Below, one piece after another: positions 12,184 through 24,700 of a stretch of 64,000 nucleotides of DNA. Location of the stretch: the NCBI RefSeq assembly GCF_000315625.1, contig NW_005434574.1, forward strand, positions 50,797 through 114,796, written 5' to 3'. Every line of letters starts with the position of its first letter. Within the stretch, counting starts at the first letter, position 1. Under the pieces are notes generated by a model. It saw only the letters and a program-made list of their open reading frames with translations. It was not told the DNA's origin and did not search any database. The translations under genes and the position numbers were made by a program. The stretch is from Guillardia theta CCMP2712 (Eukaryota; Protista; Cryptophyta).

Positions 12184-13504
12184 CCAGCAATCCCATTCTC
12201 CTCTTCAAGTTTCCCCTTCGCGCGCTGCTCTCCTTTTCGTGTCTCTTTCCGCTACATCAATCCACTTCAGTTCGCTCTTGCATCCTTGCGCTCGTTCAGC
12301 TCTTTCTCAGCTCTTGCTTTCACCGTCTCCTCTTTACGTTCACTGTAACTCAGCATGGCAGGCTTGTCAAACCTCACAGGACCATGCTGCACGGCCTACG
12401 TCCTCGTTCCTTCCGCTCTGCCAAAGTTTTATCATCGCAGGTGGACCAATACTTCATTTATCTTCTTTTCTGTTCCGTTTCCATACTGTCATTGTCGTGT
12501 CTGCTGCCGTATTCTCCTCGTCTTCCTCTCCCTCCTCTCCCTCCTCCATCTTCCATTCTCTCACCTTCATCTCTGCTCATTCCAGGCTCTCGTTAACTCC
12601 AAAGACTTTCCTCCCAACTTTCCAGGATCTCCATCGGACAGAAGGTCTTGCTGTCTCAAGATTATTCACCCTCACTTCCTCTTCAGACTCTACTCCTCCC
12701 GCTTCCTTCATGCCTGGGCCTGGCTGGTCGCGTGCAACAATCCGCCAGGTCCACAGCCTCCCGGAGCACGAGGAAGAGAGGTCAGTGCGCTGAATCCAGC
12801 TGCAGGGTATCTAGAGATCATGGACGTCCAGGAGACGCTGCAGCGAGTTGCAAACAGCTTGCAGATTGCTGGTAGTGATGAGGCCATTCCTATCATTTTC
12901 AGATCAGTTTCATGTCTGTGCAGATGATGAGAATGTACACTATGCACTGTACTCCTGTTTCAAACCTGAAGCAGAGATCACTGGAAGTCAGGTAGACACT
13001 GAGAGGCTGAGCAAGCGCCGACTTACCTCTTCATCTTCAGTTGAGACTGCACGTGCAAAGTTTGAACCTTCCGATTCCTCCGAGATATAAGAGTGATGGA
13101 AACCTGAGTCGCCACACGATCTCACTCTCTGCAGCTACGATGATGGACTACTACGACAAAGCACTTTGCAAGGTGAACACCAGCAGGGCGAGAAGTGAAA
13201 GTGGAGGATCCAAAGTTGGAGGGGTGTTGGGAAGAAAGAGAAGGGGGAGAAGAGGAGGAGGAGTCATAGTTGAGGCAGGTGAAGGGAGAGCCAACAACCG
13301 AGGTCACGATCCGATCAAGAATGCAGCAAACTTCCATCATGTCGTCAGGTGATGGAGCCTTGCTCAGTGTCGGTAGTGACGATGATTTCATCAGACGATG
13401 TCGATGTCAGTGAGGCGTTCGAGGGGTCGATGCTGTTGGAAGACGTGTAAGGAATGTCATGATACCTGTGCACATGATGATCGCTGTTGCTCAGGGGATT
13501 CTGA
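10658..13504 (+). CDS. Multi-exon hypothetical protein, 5' incomplete
   Basis: Chain of short exons with consistent + strand GT-AG introns (e.g. 13349-13394, 13447-13494), ending ...EAFEGSMLLEDVGF*. No recognisable domain; several frames are unresolved. Confidence 0.5.
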
Positions 13505-13605
13505 TGATCAAGGGGCGGGAGGGAGGGAGCAACGGCTCTTTAACGGTGCATTTCCAACATGTCGAGCCAACACAACTCGACCTACAACTCAATCATACAG
13601 ACGTC

Positions 13606-14857
13606 TCATCCTCTAATACTTGGTTCCAGCTGCAGCCTCCGTGCATGGAGGGTCATAGAGAGTACCGTCCGGGGACCAGTTCCCTGCCCAGCTATCAGTT
13701 GCTTCACTGCTGAGCAAAGTCTTCACCGTCAAGGGTCCACACAGACTCCAAGGCTCCGTAGTCACCGGGCATCCAGCCATCTGTCCCCAAGAAACCTGCG
13801 ACGAGAGTGAGGAGACGGATGGGTCGAAATGCTCTTGGAGCTGGAGCGAGTAAGTGCTGCTGGTGGAGAGCGTGAAATAGGACAGAAACTCTGGTAGGAT
13901 TAAAACTAGATGATAGTATGAAATAAGATGACGGTATGAGATAAGATGATGGTATGAAATAAGATGACGGTATGAAATAAGATGATGGTATGAAAGAACG
14001 TTATGAAATAAGATGATGGTATGAAAGAAGGTTATGAAATAAGATGATGGTATGAGATAAGATGATGGTATGAAATAAGGTTATGAAATAAGATGATGGT
14101 ATGAGATAAGATGACGGTATGAAATAAGATGATGGTATGAAAGAAGCACACAATGTGATGTACTCCCTCTCACCATTTCCATCGAGCTTGGTGCTTGCCT
14201 CCAAAGGAACGATACGAAAGACCTGAAACCTCATCAGCTTGGAACATTTCCAACTTCTATCTTTGCCGTGTAATGACCCCTCTATGAGCATAGTATCCCA
14301 TCCACAGGACATCACTCATTCCTCCGTACTCAAAATCAGTCAGGAGTGTTGCTATTCAGCATCTCCTCTTTGGCGAACCCCCCTTGTCTATTCATTGTTG
14401 GTAAGCTTTCCAATTTCATTGCTAGCTATGCTCTTCCAGGAAGAAGGATATGACTTGTGATTACGTTCATCACAACAAGGATAATCAATCAATTGATCTG
14501 GTAAGACATTGACCCCCTGCAACTCTTTCTTAACAGCATAAATGTTATCAATTTGTTTTGCATGTCTATCACTGCAGCCTTTGACGTATCTCCGCCCATT
14601 CAGCTTAGGTTGTGTCAGGCTGTTTTCGGACGTCTGCGGCACAACAGTCTTGTCATCTCTACCTATCCTATTCTCTCTTACAAATCATTCTCCATCTCCA
14701 TCTTATCTTCTTGCTCCTCCCCATCTCCATATCCATCTCCATCGCCATCCATTCATCCATTCATCTCCATCTCCATATCCACATGCATCGCCATCGCCAT
14801 GTCCATTGCCGTGTCCATCGCCATCATCTCAGCCATCGTACTGACCTTGTTCAGCAT
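13606..14857 (-). CDS. Multi-exon hypothetical protein
   Basis: ATG CTG AAC AAG|gtcagt lies just below the promoter-like block. Exons include TVVPQTSENSLTQPK... and VFRIVPLEASTKLDGN|EFLSYFTLS...CGPLT. The middle part is unresolved. Confidence 0.4.
13908..14143. repeat. ~18-bp minisatellite (GATGA[T/C]GGTATGA[A/G]ATAA), intronic
   Basis: About 12 tandem copies with occasional shortened units. Confidence 0.9.
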
Positions 14858-14879
14858 CTTCCCGTGCCTCTTCGTCTTC

Positions 14880-15400
14880 CCACTCCACCACCACCCTACC
14901 CCGGCCCACTTTCCCTACCCCTGTACAACAAACATGACCCCCATGTTAACAGGATTCTACCCCCTTCTTTCTCCGTACTCTCGTTCTATTGGCAACTCAG
15001 ACCCCTCATCTTCTAACCCACCCAGCTCGTTACCACCCCTAGTTCCATATGTTTGTACCCCACCCTTCTCCACCTCCTTCTGCTTGCTACCCGTCCAGTC
15101 GACTGCACCTGAACCCACCCCTACCTTTCCCCTCCTCCGGACCTAATTTGTCCTAATGGATACTGCTCTAAGAGCCCCTACCCCCGGACAGTGCCTGTTA
15201 TGTACCCCTACCCTCTTTTTGACAACCCTACCTCCATCTAGGTTGTACCCAGGGGTACCCGACCCAGTACTTGCACATCCAAATATACCTCTCACCACCC
15301 CGTCTATCCCACGAAATCCCTCCTACCACCCCTACACTTCGGAGTTTCCCTGGCGGTTACTATCAGTTACTGAGGACGCTCCGCCGGAAATAGAATCTTC
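14880..15400. promoter_or_regulatory. Divergent intergenic region, ACCCC-rich
   Basis: Lies between ATG 14857(-) and the rhodopsin ATG 15407(+). Dense TACCC/CACCCC, the reverse complement of the GGGGT flanks elsewhere. Confidence 0.5.
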
Positions 15401-15406
15401 CTCCCA

Positions 15407-16153
15407 ATGCCAGCGGCGGTGCAGGCGCAGGCTTCATGCTCGTCGGTCGAGGAGGTCGGGTCAACGGGAGTCGGAGCCCTCACGATCGACTTCATCATCC
15501 TCGCTGCCGCCTCCTTCATCTTCGTCTACAAGCTCTCTGAGGCTGCCAACAAGAAGGTCGCCTACCTCTGCATCTACATCTGTGGCATCTCCGCCATCGC
15601 ATACTATGCGATGCTGGCGGGCCAGGGCTGGAGTGCAGGAACTACCTGCAGGCAGTTCTTCTATGCTCGCTACATTGACTGGATCCTTACCTGGCCCCTG
15701 ATCACCATCCTCCTCGCTCTCATCGCAGGATGCGAGTGGACCCCCGTCCTTGGCGCCATCGGAGGACAAGTCGTGCAGGTGTTTGCTCAGTACATGGCGT
15801 CAGTGTCTGTGCTGGACACAGTGAAGTGGTTCTGGTTCCTCATCGAGATCTGCGGGCTCATGTTCCTGGTCTTCCACGTTACCCGCATCTTCAAGGCAAC
15901 AGCCGAGAACAAGGGAGGAGAGGCTGCGGTCCTGTACAACAAGGTCGCCTGGACCACTGTGATCGTTTGGATCTGCTACCCGATCCTCTGGCTGTTTGCT
16001 GATGGATTTTCTTCCTTCACCGTCTCCTTTGAGGTCACCATGTACGCTATCCTCGATCTGATCAACAAGGTGCTCCTGTGCTTTATGGTCGTTTCGGCTC
16101 AAGACTCCATTGGCAACGACGACAACACAGCCGGAACTCGTGAATATGTTTGA
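15407..16153 (+). CDS. Microbial (type 1) rhodopsin, 248 aa, intronless
   Basis: Seven hydrophobic segments. Helix C YARYIDWILTWPL, helix F VWICYPILW, helix G YAILDLINKV with the Schiff-base Lys (codon 16067-16069). Confidence 0.95.
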   Translation: MPAAVQAQASCSSVEEVGSTGVGALTIDFIILAAASFIFVYKLSEAANKKVAYLCIYICGISAIAYYAMLAGQGWSAGTTCRQFFYARYIDWILTWPLITILLALIAGCEWTPVLGAIGGQVVQVFAQYMASVSVLDTVKWFWFLIEICGLMFLVFHVTRIFKATAENKGGEAAVLYNKVAWTTVIVWICYPILWLFADGFSSFTVSFEVTMYAILDLINKVLLCFMVVSAQDSIGNDDNTAGTREYV

Positions 16154-16690
16154 AACCAATCAGAGGCAGTTTGATTAGCAATACATGGCTATTCATAACG
16201 TGTGCCTTCTCTTGTCTCTTCTCCCTCCTCACATCTCGTTCTCATCTATCAAAGGCAATGTAGAGATTGCTGCTTTCGTCACGAGATATCCACGGATGTC
16301 ATTGCAAAGTGACTTTCCGTTGAGAATGCTCGAGAAACCGTTGCGAGATGGTAACAAGTGCTATCAAAGATCATCATCGTAATCATGATACCTCTACCAA
16401 CGCTGGTCTCCTTGTACTTCACTTCAGACCCTGAGAACTTCAGTCAGGTTCTTGTTCCTCTGTCCAAACACCCACACACATGCAGTCGATATTATCAGTG
16501 TGTGGTGGCCTTCCCTGCTCCTCCATCGCACATATTCTCTCGCTCTCACTTTCCTCTTGTTGAGAACACGATCCTTGCCTTTGAAACCTCGCAACGAAGA
16601 AGATAAGAATAACCATGTCCACATTTCAACATGTTTGTTCAATCTCAACATGTGTATTCACATTCAGTCTAAACATGTTTTTATTCACAT

Positions 16691-19600
16691 TCAATCTCTT
16701 GCACATACCGCGATCCTTTCAATCTCGTGCGAGTTTGCGACCACCGGCTCCTCGCTCGACCTCCTCCTGCAGCACTGACGCAGCTCCTTCACTTCCTGCG
16801 ACAGACTCGACAGACTCTGACGGATTTCTCGCAGCTGTTCCAACACCTCTCCTCCTCCTCCTCCTCCTCTTCCTTCCTCCTTCTCTTCCGTCCTGTCACG
16901 GGTTTGAGACCCTCGGTCGTGCGTGCTCTCAGGGCGATGGTTGATGTCTGATAAGATAAGCTTGAGGCCGAACATGATGGCGGCGGAGCAGTAGTCGTCG
17001 TTAGAGACCACGGGGATCAGTTGTCCGATCTTTCTCTCAGCGTACAGGTAGAGCTGCTCACTGAAGACAAGCTTGAAGGCATTGAGATCAAGGTCTCCCT
17101 TTTCATCGCAAATCTCTTTCTTCCTTGTGATAGCGTCATACTCGTCCATGGACAAGTCGATCTTGGGCCGGAACTGCATCATCTTCAACCCCTCTTTGAG
17201 CTCCAGGAAACTGACTGTCTGCGACCCGTCAACATCGAGGATGGAGAAGATGAGCTCTAGTCTGTTCATCAGCTCCTGGCGCGATACACACCCCATGAGC
17301 GAAGCGAGGAGAGGGTCGAGCGATAGCCGCGAGACGCTGAGATGCTCTGCTGGGATCGTCTTCTGGTCCTGCTCGTTGAGCATCCAGTTGGCTGACTTGA
17401 AGCTGTCGAGGAGGACGGCAAGGACTATGGGGAGGAGGGTGAAGGTAACGAGGACGATGAAGGAGACGAAGAAGAGGACAGTGGGAAATGATGGGCTGCC
17501 AATGCCTCCTGCAGTCATGATGTCGTACCATCCATCGACAGTCATCACCTGCCATGACGTCAACAACACAAGACTTCCAACAAGCAAGAGGTTGAGAGAT
17601 GCTGACCTGGAACATGGTCAAGGCTGCGGTCAAGAAGTCGCTGAAGAAGTAGCTGTTGTCTCGGAAGAAGCTCACGCCAAGGATGGAGTAGATGGCGAGA
17701 ATGACAAAGACGATGAGAAGGGCGTTGCAAACAGGGGCGATGGCTGCTGAAAGCGCGTTCACGATCCTCCTCGGCGAGTCGAGGCGCTTCAGGAGTCGCA
17801 TGACCTTGAAGGCGCGGATGAGTCGGAGGGTCTTCAAGGGGCCGAATTGCGCCGGGCCGAGGGACACGACGGAGAGAGTGACGACCAGGAAGTCGAACAG
17901 GTTCCAGCCGTCATACCAGAAGTTTGCAAACCAGTTTGACATCATGTTAATCGCCTGTGAACAAAGTGAGGACGAAGATACTGTGAGACTCATCATGGGG
18001 AAGAGGGGAGGAGGAGAGCAGAGGCAGCGGGAAGGAAGCGAGAGGTAGAAACTGGACGTGAGGACGGGGAAGAAAATTGACCAGTTCGACTATGAAGACA
18101 ACAGTGAAGGCGATGTCTATTTTGATGAAGGTTTTTCCGCTGCGATCCAAAAATCGACACGTTAAAGCTGAAGATCGGGAGAAGAGCAAAGGAGAGAATG
18201 ATTAGCAAGAGAGGGATGAGTATTTGTACAGAATCAGCAGCAAAGAGGGAGGGAGGGAGGGAGGGAGAGAGGGAGGGAGAGAGGGAGGGAGAGAGGGAGG
18301 GAGAGAGGGAGGGAGGGATGGAGGGAGGGAGAGTCAGAGTGGCAGGAAGGGAGAAGGAGCAGATAGGAGGAGGGGGAAGGTGAGAGGAGAGAAGAGAAAG
18401 AATGAGGGCAAGGGAAGAGATTTGAGGGGAGACAAACAATATGGAGAGAGCGGGAGCATAACAAACAAGAGAAGAATCATCATGACATCAAGCTGAGAGT
18501 TTCGTTCTGCTTACAGCTCAGTGTCCTCTTCATCGTTTGGTAGGATTTGAAACTGAACGGCCGTGGCGATGAAGTTCATGAGGATGAGAAGGGCCATGGA
18601 ATACTGCGCGTACTCTTTTACCAACCTCCTTCACCTCCAGCTCACTTCTCCTCCAGTCAAGATCAAGATGGTCGAATATCTCCACAACCATTCCAACGAA
18701 AGTTTCCTCATCAACATCGTTGTCGTCGTTTTTGTCATCGTCATCGTCATCGTCATCACATTCTCATCTACATCATCCTCGTCGTGGCCATCATTATCAT
18801 CATCAATATTGGCATCATCAACAACTCTATCAACCATGATTCACCTGGACATTCTTAGAGTTGTAATAGCCCGCAAGCCATGATTGCCATGAACGCAGCA
18901 ACATCGATCTTTTGTGACGGATCTTAGATGATTCAACATGTTTTTGCAGAACATTAATCCACTCTGTCTTCTCCTCCACTGTAGATGTTCGAAGGTAGTA
19001 AGTCTCGCCAACATTCAAGCCATTAGGTATTGTTGCAATCATAAACTCTGTCGAGCTGGTTGAGCTCAATGTGAGATCGCAGAGCTTCAAAACAACAACA
19101 TAGAACTAGAAGATTTCAAACTCACATTGAAAAGTTTGAATCCGATTTCTCATCTTCTCTTCCATTGGACCCCTTAAATGATGGTTCTGCTGTAAGGCCG
19201 TTCTTGCAAGATCCCAGGTATTTTTCGCTTCTCTTCCTCAACACCTTCTCCACTTTCACGTTCGCAATCCTTGTCAGTTCTCCATTGCTCCTGTCAACCA
19301 GCAACATCTATGAACATCACAACCACCACTTATCTGAATCATCACCGTGCAATCTCATTGCGCCCGTTGTCACATATCTCAACAATCTCATGGAGTGGTA
19401 TCACATCGACCACTTGTTTGTCGTTGTTCCTGGCAGCGAAGAACATGCTGTCTTTTGTAAGCACAACTCTCCTCTCCTTCCAGTGCCCATGTCTGTATTT
19501 CTCGACATTCTGACACAAACACAGTCAGTGAAAATGTTCTGATAGACAGCTGCAGCAACCGATTCTTTGATCCTGTACATCGCCGCCGGCATCTGCTGCA

Positions 19601-20170
19601 CAGTTTTCGAAGGATTTGCCAAGGCAGCGAACTCTTCGATGTCGACCTCAAGCTCATTGCTGTCGCAAGGCACATCTGAGGGCAAGCCAGCAAACATGGC
19701 CTTCTCCTGGTTGAAGGTGAACGATTCAACTCGAGGACGAGCCCACCGCTGCTCCCCTAAACTTCATCCTCGTGAGAATGATGTGATAGTCACGGAACAG
19801 CCATCTCTTTGATCAAGGGTTGCTTGACCTCCTCAAAGATTTCCAGCAGCTTGTCCTGACTGGACAAAATTCAATGCATGTTGAGCATGTCCCTCCAGCC
19901 AAACATTTCCATCATCTTCACCAACTCCCTTTACCTACAGTCTTCCAAGCACTTACCAGTAACTTCCCTCGCATCTAACGCCCTTTTCTCTTTTCCTTTG
20001 CTTCATGAAGTCTGCGGCTCTCTAACACATGTCTAGAACACATCTCTCCTTCTCTCATTCACAAGGAACTTGAAGTCTGCTCAAGATGCTTTCGACATCA
20101 CAATATGCTTCTCTCCCTCTTCACCCGCTGGCTCTCACGCTCTCTGAACAGTTCAAGTCTCTGCATCTTC
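16691..20170 (-). CDS. Single-repeat (6TM) voltage-gated cation channel with N-terminal PH domain and C-terminal EF-hand/coiled coil; multi-exon, start approximate
   Basis: PH domain: HWKERRVVLTKDSMFF...VDVIPLHEI...GETYYLRTSTVEEKTEWINVL. S3 DGWNLFDFLVV; S4 LKTLRLIRAFKVMRLLKR; pore TMFQVMTVDGWYDIM; S6 LFFVSFIVLVTFTLLPIVLAVLLDSF; EF-hand DVDGSQTVSFLE. Confidence 0.9.
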
Positions 20171-20279
20171 TGACATCTTGTCTTCTCCTCCCAACTTCCG
20201 CCTAACCCTGCTTCCTCCTCTCGTCCCTGCGACACCACATGATCATTTTTTTCTTTCTCATGATACTACCGTACGAAAA

Positions 20280-21110
20280 TCATTTTTCATTCGGCCCTCT
20301 TTCCGAGGGGTGGGGTGCTTGTTGGTGGGGGTGGTACCTTTACCAGGGGTACTATCTCCATGAAGATTGTTTAAATTTCCGATGTTCAGACGAGTGGGGT
20401 TAGGATATGACCTCAGTCTAGAAGGGTAGGGTGGTGTGCGACTACTCTCACTCGACCGGTAGGGTCCGACGCCGGTACATTCTCGAATCGAGTTTCGGAA
20501 CGCGCCTCGGACTGTACCGGTACCGGCGGCCCGTCACGGCCACCGGGTAGCCGAACGGTCAGTAAAGTGACCGTGCTCAGGCTCACGGAGTCCACGGTAC
20601 GTTGGGCCCTTCAAGGCTTTCTGTACGGTCCCGGTTGCCACCGTCAGTGGCCCGGCCCGGCGGATCGGCAGGCTGGACGAACAAGGAAACGGCAGCGCTG
20701 GCACATCGGATGGTCTCTTCAATCTTCAGCCTCGACAAGTCACGCACACTGTGATCCGTGGCACTGTCACGGTGGACTACTACGGTTTGACTTCAACGCG
20801 GCGCAGCCGCTGAAACGCATCCGGTCCAGCCCGACTCGGCGAGTCGCGGGTCACCGTACTAGTAGTAGGTTCCGGTATGCGACCGTACAGTCGGCGTCAC
20901 TGCCGCCGGCGGCTGCTCAGTGACTGTTTCCCACTTTGAAGGGCCGGGCCTTCCGAGTCGGCGTGCCCGGCGCAGTGCGGCGGCGGCTACAGACTCGCCG
21001 CCGCGCGGCCGTGACACTCGGTGGCAGTAATGTGGCGAGGGCCGAGTCAGCCAACGTGGCATCATGACGGTAGTGGCCTGAGCGGGCCGCTCTTAGTTCA
21101 ATAAATAATA
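20280..21110. promoter_or_regulatory. Divergent intergenic region: GGGGT flank plus GC-rich core
   Basis: Lies between the channel 5' end and the giant gene. Repeated GTGAC/GTCAC and GACTCG/CGAGTC motifs. Confidence 0.5.
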
Positions 21111-21248
21111 GATACGACACCAACAAAGCAACACTACAATTTTGTAAGTTCTAGTCATGAAAGTATGTATTGAACTTTACTTGTACCTCTTTCATCAGCA
21201 AACCCCCCATATCTTCATTTAAGTCCATCGCCCCGATTTGGATGAATT

Positions 21249-21710
21249 ATGCGGTTAACGGCTATTCTTTGGCTCTTCATCACGTACTGTGGCCGTGTAG
21301 AATCATTGGGCTCCATTCAAAGCTGTTGCCAATGCCCTTCTTTCACGTACTTTTTCAACACCCAATTCGACTCCAGCTGTAGTGGTTGCAATAACAACTT
21401 GTATAACTGCTTCTGCAACCCCGGCACCTATTCGGACACGCTTTCTTCGTGTGCCGCCTGTCAGAATTGCGGGGTTGGGCAGTATGAAGCGTCGACCTGC
21501 AGCTCTTTTTATGACAGGTCTTGCGTGACTTGCTCGACTGCGGCGTGTGCTGCAGGCACCTACAAATCGCAATCGTGCGCTGACGGCAATCAGCCTTTTG
21601 ACAAGAAATGTACGGTTTGTTCATCCTGTTCACGGGGCCAATACATGGTCACTGATTGCCAGTATGGATCCGAAACTAACAACCGTGTCTGTGCACTCTG
21701 CACGATCTGA
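21249..21710 (+). CDS. Segment A of giant Cys-rich surface protein: signal peptide plus TNFR-like Cys repeats, cut off at the inversion breakpoint
   Basis: MRLTAILWLFITYCGRVES signal; repeats such as CQNCGVGQYEASTCSSFYDRSC. Stops mid-repeat at ...NNRVCALCTI* (TGA 21708-21710). Confidence 0.85.
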   Translation: MRLTAILWLFITYCGRVESLGSIQSCCQCPSFTYFFNTQFDSSCSGCNNNLYNCFCNPGTYSDTLSSCAACQNCGVGQYEASTCSSFYDRSCVTCSTAACAAGTYKSQSCADGNQPFDKKCTVCSSCSRGQYMVTDCQYGSETNNRVCALCTI

Positions 21711-24700
21711 TCGATACGCTGCCAGTAAACTGCGTCGTCATTGTCACTGGGCAATTAACGCAGGGTTCGAAGCTCCTGACTGACTTGTAAGTGCCAGCGG
21801 AGCAGTTGGTGCAGTTGTAGAAGTTGCTGCCGTATTGGCCCAGCGGGCAGAAGTCCAGCTCTGCCAGCCAGCCGTATCTGCAAGTGCAATTATCCGAAGA
21901 GATAGAGCCGGCAAGACTGTAGGAGTTGTGCGGGCAGGGATTGACGCTGGTGCCGTTCGGACAGTAGAAGTTTGGCGGGCAGAGGACGCAGGCGATTCCG
22001 ACTTGAAAGTAGCCCGGGAGGCAAAGGCACTGCGACAGAAGGATCGATCCGCGTGGAGAGCTGGAAAACTGCGGGCAGCGCAGAAAGAAGTCGCCACCGG
22101 GGCAGTAGGTCGCATTGGCACACTGGTTGCAGCCATCAGCGCCATTGCCGTAGTAGCCCGGATTGCAGGTGCAGTCGGTTGCTTCTATCGTACGATTCGT
22201 CGTCTTAGTGGAAGAGTGTGGAGTGCAAGGGATGCAAGGGGTTGAAGCAGCGTAATCGGGCTGGTAAGTATCCATGCTGCAAACTTCGCACGGCTTGCCC
22301 TGCGGCGAATCTGCAGTCTTGAACTTGCCAGGAACGCAGGCAACGCAGACGCCTAGTGACTGGTTGTAGTAGCCGGGATCGCAGGAGCAGGACGATATCT
22401 GCGTAGAACCGTTGGTGTTGCTATGCGAATGGTTAGGGCAGGGCAGGCAGGCGCCAATCACGGCTATGTCAGGATTGTACGTGCTGGCAGGGCAATTCTG
22501 GCACGACTTCAACGCAATATCGTAGTAGGTGCCGGAAGGACAGGGCAGGCAGTATCCAAGCACGTCGGAATAGCTGCGGTAGTAGCCAGGAACGCAGCTG
22601 CATTCGTAGCTCCCGGTAGCGCTCTTGGCGTAGGTAAAGCAGGGCTTGCAAGTGGTAGCCGCTACAGCGCCGATCTGTGCGGAAAACGTGTCGGAAGGAC
22701 AGGGCGTACAGGCGTTGTCGGATATTTGATCCTTGTAGTAGCCTTTAGAGCAGGGAATGCAGGTTTTGGATCCGCCGGCAATCAAAGGCTCGTAACCAAC
22801 CTGGCAAAGGCAGCTGGAAATCAGACTGGATCCGTTCGCCAGTGTTGTCGTTAGCGCCGGACATGGCAGGCAATCATCGATCGTGACGGAAGCTGTCTTT
22901 TCCATGTAGAATCCGACGGCGCAGGCAACGCAGGGCCCTTTCCCTTGGTAGTTCTTGTAGTATCCGGATTGGCAGGCCGCGCAGGCAACTCCGTCGCTGT
23001 TAGCAGTGTATCCTTCCTTGCATCTGCAGGCCAGAACGTTCACCGAAGAGCTCGGCGCTATCGAATTGGAAGGGCAGGGTAAACAGCTGGCAACGCTGGC
23101 AGATAGCGTGGTAATGGAGTAGGTGTCAGCAGGACAATCCTTGCAGGCTTCCGTCCCGTTTCCGTATCGTCCAAGTCCGCAGCTTACGCAATCAACGCCT
23201 ATCTTCTGGAAGCCGGAATCACACTTGCAGTCTTCCAACTTAAAAGCTCCGGGTATGGAAGTGGAATGCAGCGGGCAGCTGCTGCATTGAATGACGCTGG
23301 TAGCGCCTATCGCGGAACTGTAAGTGTTGGCAGGGCAGAGGGTGCAGTCAGACGAAGCGACGAAATTCTTGTACTTTCCGGCAGCGCACGGGACGCATCC
23401 GTTGGAACCATTGAAACTGGTGTAGCCGGCTACGCACAGGCAGTCTTCGATCCTGGAAGAGCCAGCAATGGAAGCGGTGAAAGTGGGACAGGGCTTGCAG
23501 GCCTTGTCTAACGCATAGGCTTCCGAATAGTAGTTTTCAGGACAGGGAGCGCAGGCGTAATCGCCAAGGTTGATTTTGTTCGTCCCAGGCTCGCAGGGGG
23601 CGCAGTAAACGTTGCTGTTTGGTGCTTGCGTGATCGTTGTTTCGCTGTGCCTGTAGCCGGGAAGGCAGAGACAGGAGCCGAAGCTGGAAGAGCCGCGACT
23701 AGATGTGGAATTGGAAGGACAGAGCTGGCATACAGTGGATTGCGTTACATCGGAATAAGTCCCTACAGCACAACTTTCGCAGACGCTGGAAGAAGAAGCG
23801 CCGACAACCTTCGAAAAAGTGCCAAGCGGGCAGGGAAGGCAGCGTGAAGAGCTGATAGCAGCAGTCTCCGATTGGTAGGTTCCGGCTGGGCAGAGCGTAC
23901 AGTTTCCACTGCCAGCACTGTTCTTGTAAGATCCAGCGGCACAAGGCAGGCAGTCAGCGCCGAAATAGCCCTGCTTGCAGATACACAGCGAAGCATCAGT
24001 GCTTCCATCCCCGATGGCGAACTTACCGGCACCGCAGACAGTGCATTCGCTGTTGCCAATCGCTGGCTTGAACGTTCCTGGTAAGCAGGGCTGGCAGCTG
24101 CCGTCGACCAGCAAGAAGTATCCCGCCAGACAGACGCATTCTGAAGCTGACTTGGAGCTGTAGATCGCTGTAGTCTTCGAAGCAGGGCACGAAGCGCAGA
24201 AGGTAAGACCAGCAGAAGGATTGTAAGAACCGAGCTGGCATTGACTGCATGAAACATAGCCCGTTCCTTCATATCCGACGCTGCAGAGACAGTCAGTCTT
24301 CGCTTCGCTACCTTGCATGAAAGTTATCGCGTTGGCAGCGCAAGGCGTGCAGTTTCCGTTGCCGACAAAATCTTTGTACTTGCCAATCGGGCAGGCAGAG
24401 CATCCGGAAGCTGCGCTCCAGCCGAATCCCTTGTCACACTGGCAGTCTGTCGAAGCGTTGCTTCCGCTGCTGGAAACAGAGCCGCTGGGGCAGGGAGAGC
24501 AAAACTTCAAGCTGTTAAGGTAAGAGTTCGGCGGACAGACAGAGCATGTAAGGTTCTGAATAAAGGGCAGTATTACAAAGTCACCAACATAGACGCTTCC
24601 GTATTCGGCCTGCAGCGCAACAAACCCCCTCCCTCCCATTACTTGCAGCAAAGCGTCAGTAAGCGACTTCTGATTGCCAAGAATCGCAATCCTCCCTCCA

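Noticed and set aside
8187-12350. Poly-H/D/M/I/S/C ORFs in the ORF track
   Set aside because: Translations of intronic microsatellites or antisense frames of coilin.
13908-14143. CRISPR-like array
   Set aside because: Head-to-tail minisatellite with no unique spacers and no cas genes; eukaryotic intron.
21708-21710. Selenocysteine or readthrough TGA in the restored A-B junction
   Set aside because: No SECIS evidence. The TGA lies in the junction palindrome and is better explained as a rearrangement product.
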